Assembly (NCBI RefSeq): GCF_036321535.1
Contig: NC_087436.1
Span: forward strand, 24,306,001 to 24,370,000
Length of the DNA: 64,000 nt
Origin: Camelus dromedarius
Lineage: Eukaryota
Direction: 5' to 3'
The notes under the pieces were generated by a model that worked only from the letters and a program-made list of their open reading frames with translations, had not been told where the DNA came from and did no database searches. Within the stretch, counting starts at the first letter, position 1. The number at the start of each line of letters is the position of its first letter. The position numbers and the translations under genes are program-made. Positions 63,836-64,000 of the stretch are shown one piece after another.

Positions 63836-64000
63836 TTCTTTTCAGAGAGTGAAGAAAAATGTTTATGGATGCTGATGAGTTTTATTTGAAGATGATCTCT
63901 CACAAGCGAAAAATACAAAGAAGTTTCATGTACTGACAATGTTAGGGCAAGGACTAACAGCAATTCTTAGCCATTGGATAGCTAAGTTTTTTGACACTCC

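Overview
Mammalian genomic DNA, probably camelid: about 12 copies of a tRNA-derived SINE resembling the camelid Vic-1 type are present. The window covers the NAA15 / NDUFC1 / MGARP locus. NAA15 exon 1 lies on the minus strand (23916-23969, MPAVSLPPKENALFKRIL), and its long first intron fills positions 1-23915. NDUFC1 is complete on the plus strand (3 coding exons, 76 aa, plus a separate 3'UTR exon). MGARP is complete on the plus strand (4 exons, 254 aa). About 14 kb of repeat-rich intergenic DNA follows. A CCDC12 processed retrocopy with target-site duplications and only one frameshift sits inside an old L1 in NAA15 intron 1. The observations most worth checking are: an 83-bp TTAA-flanked piggyBac-like MITE; a close exon-architecture and sequence parallel between neighbouring NDUFC1 and MGARP; a diverged ~180-bp duplication between the NAA15 and NDUFC1 promoters; candidate poison-exon, recursive and alternative splice sites in NAA15 intron 1; an extended CTCF site; and three interlocking inverted repeats. 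All identifications are by eye and from memory of the families; no searches were run, and repeat subfamily names and boundaries are approximate.
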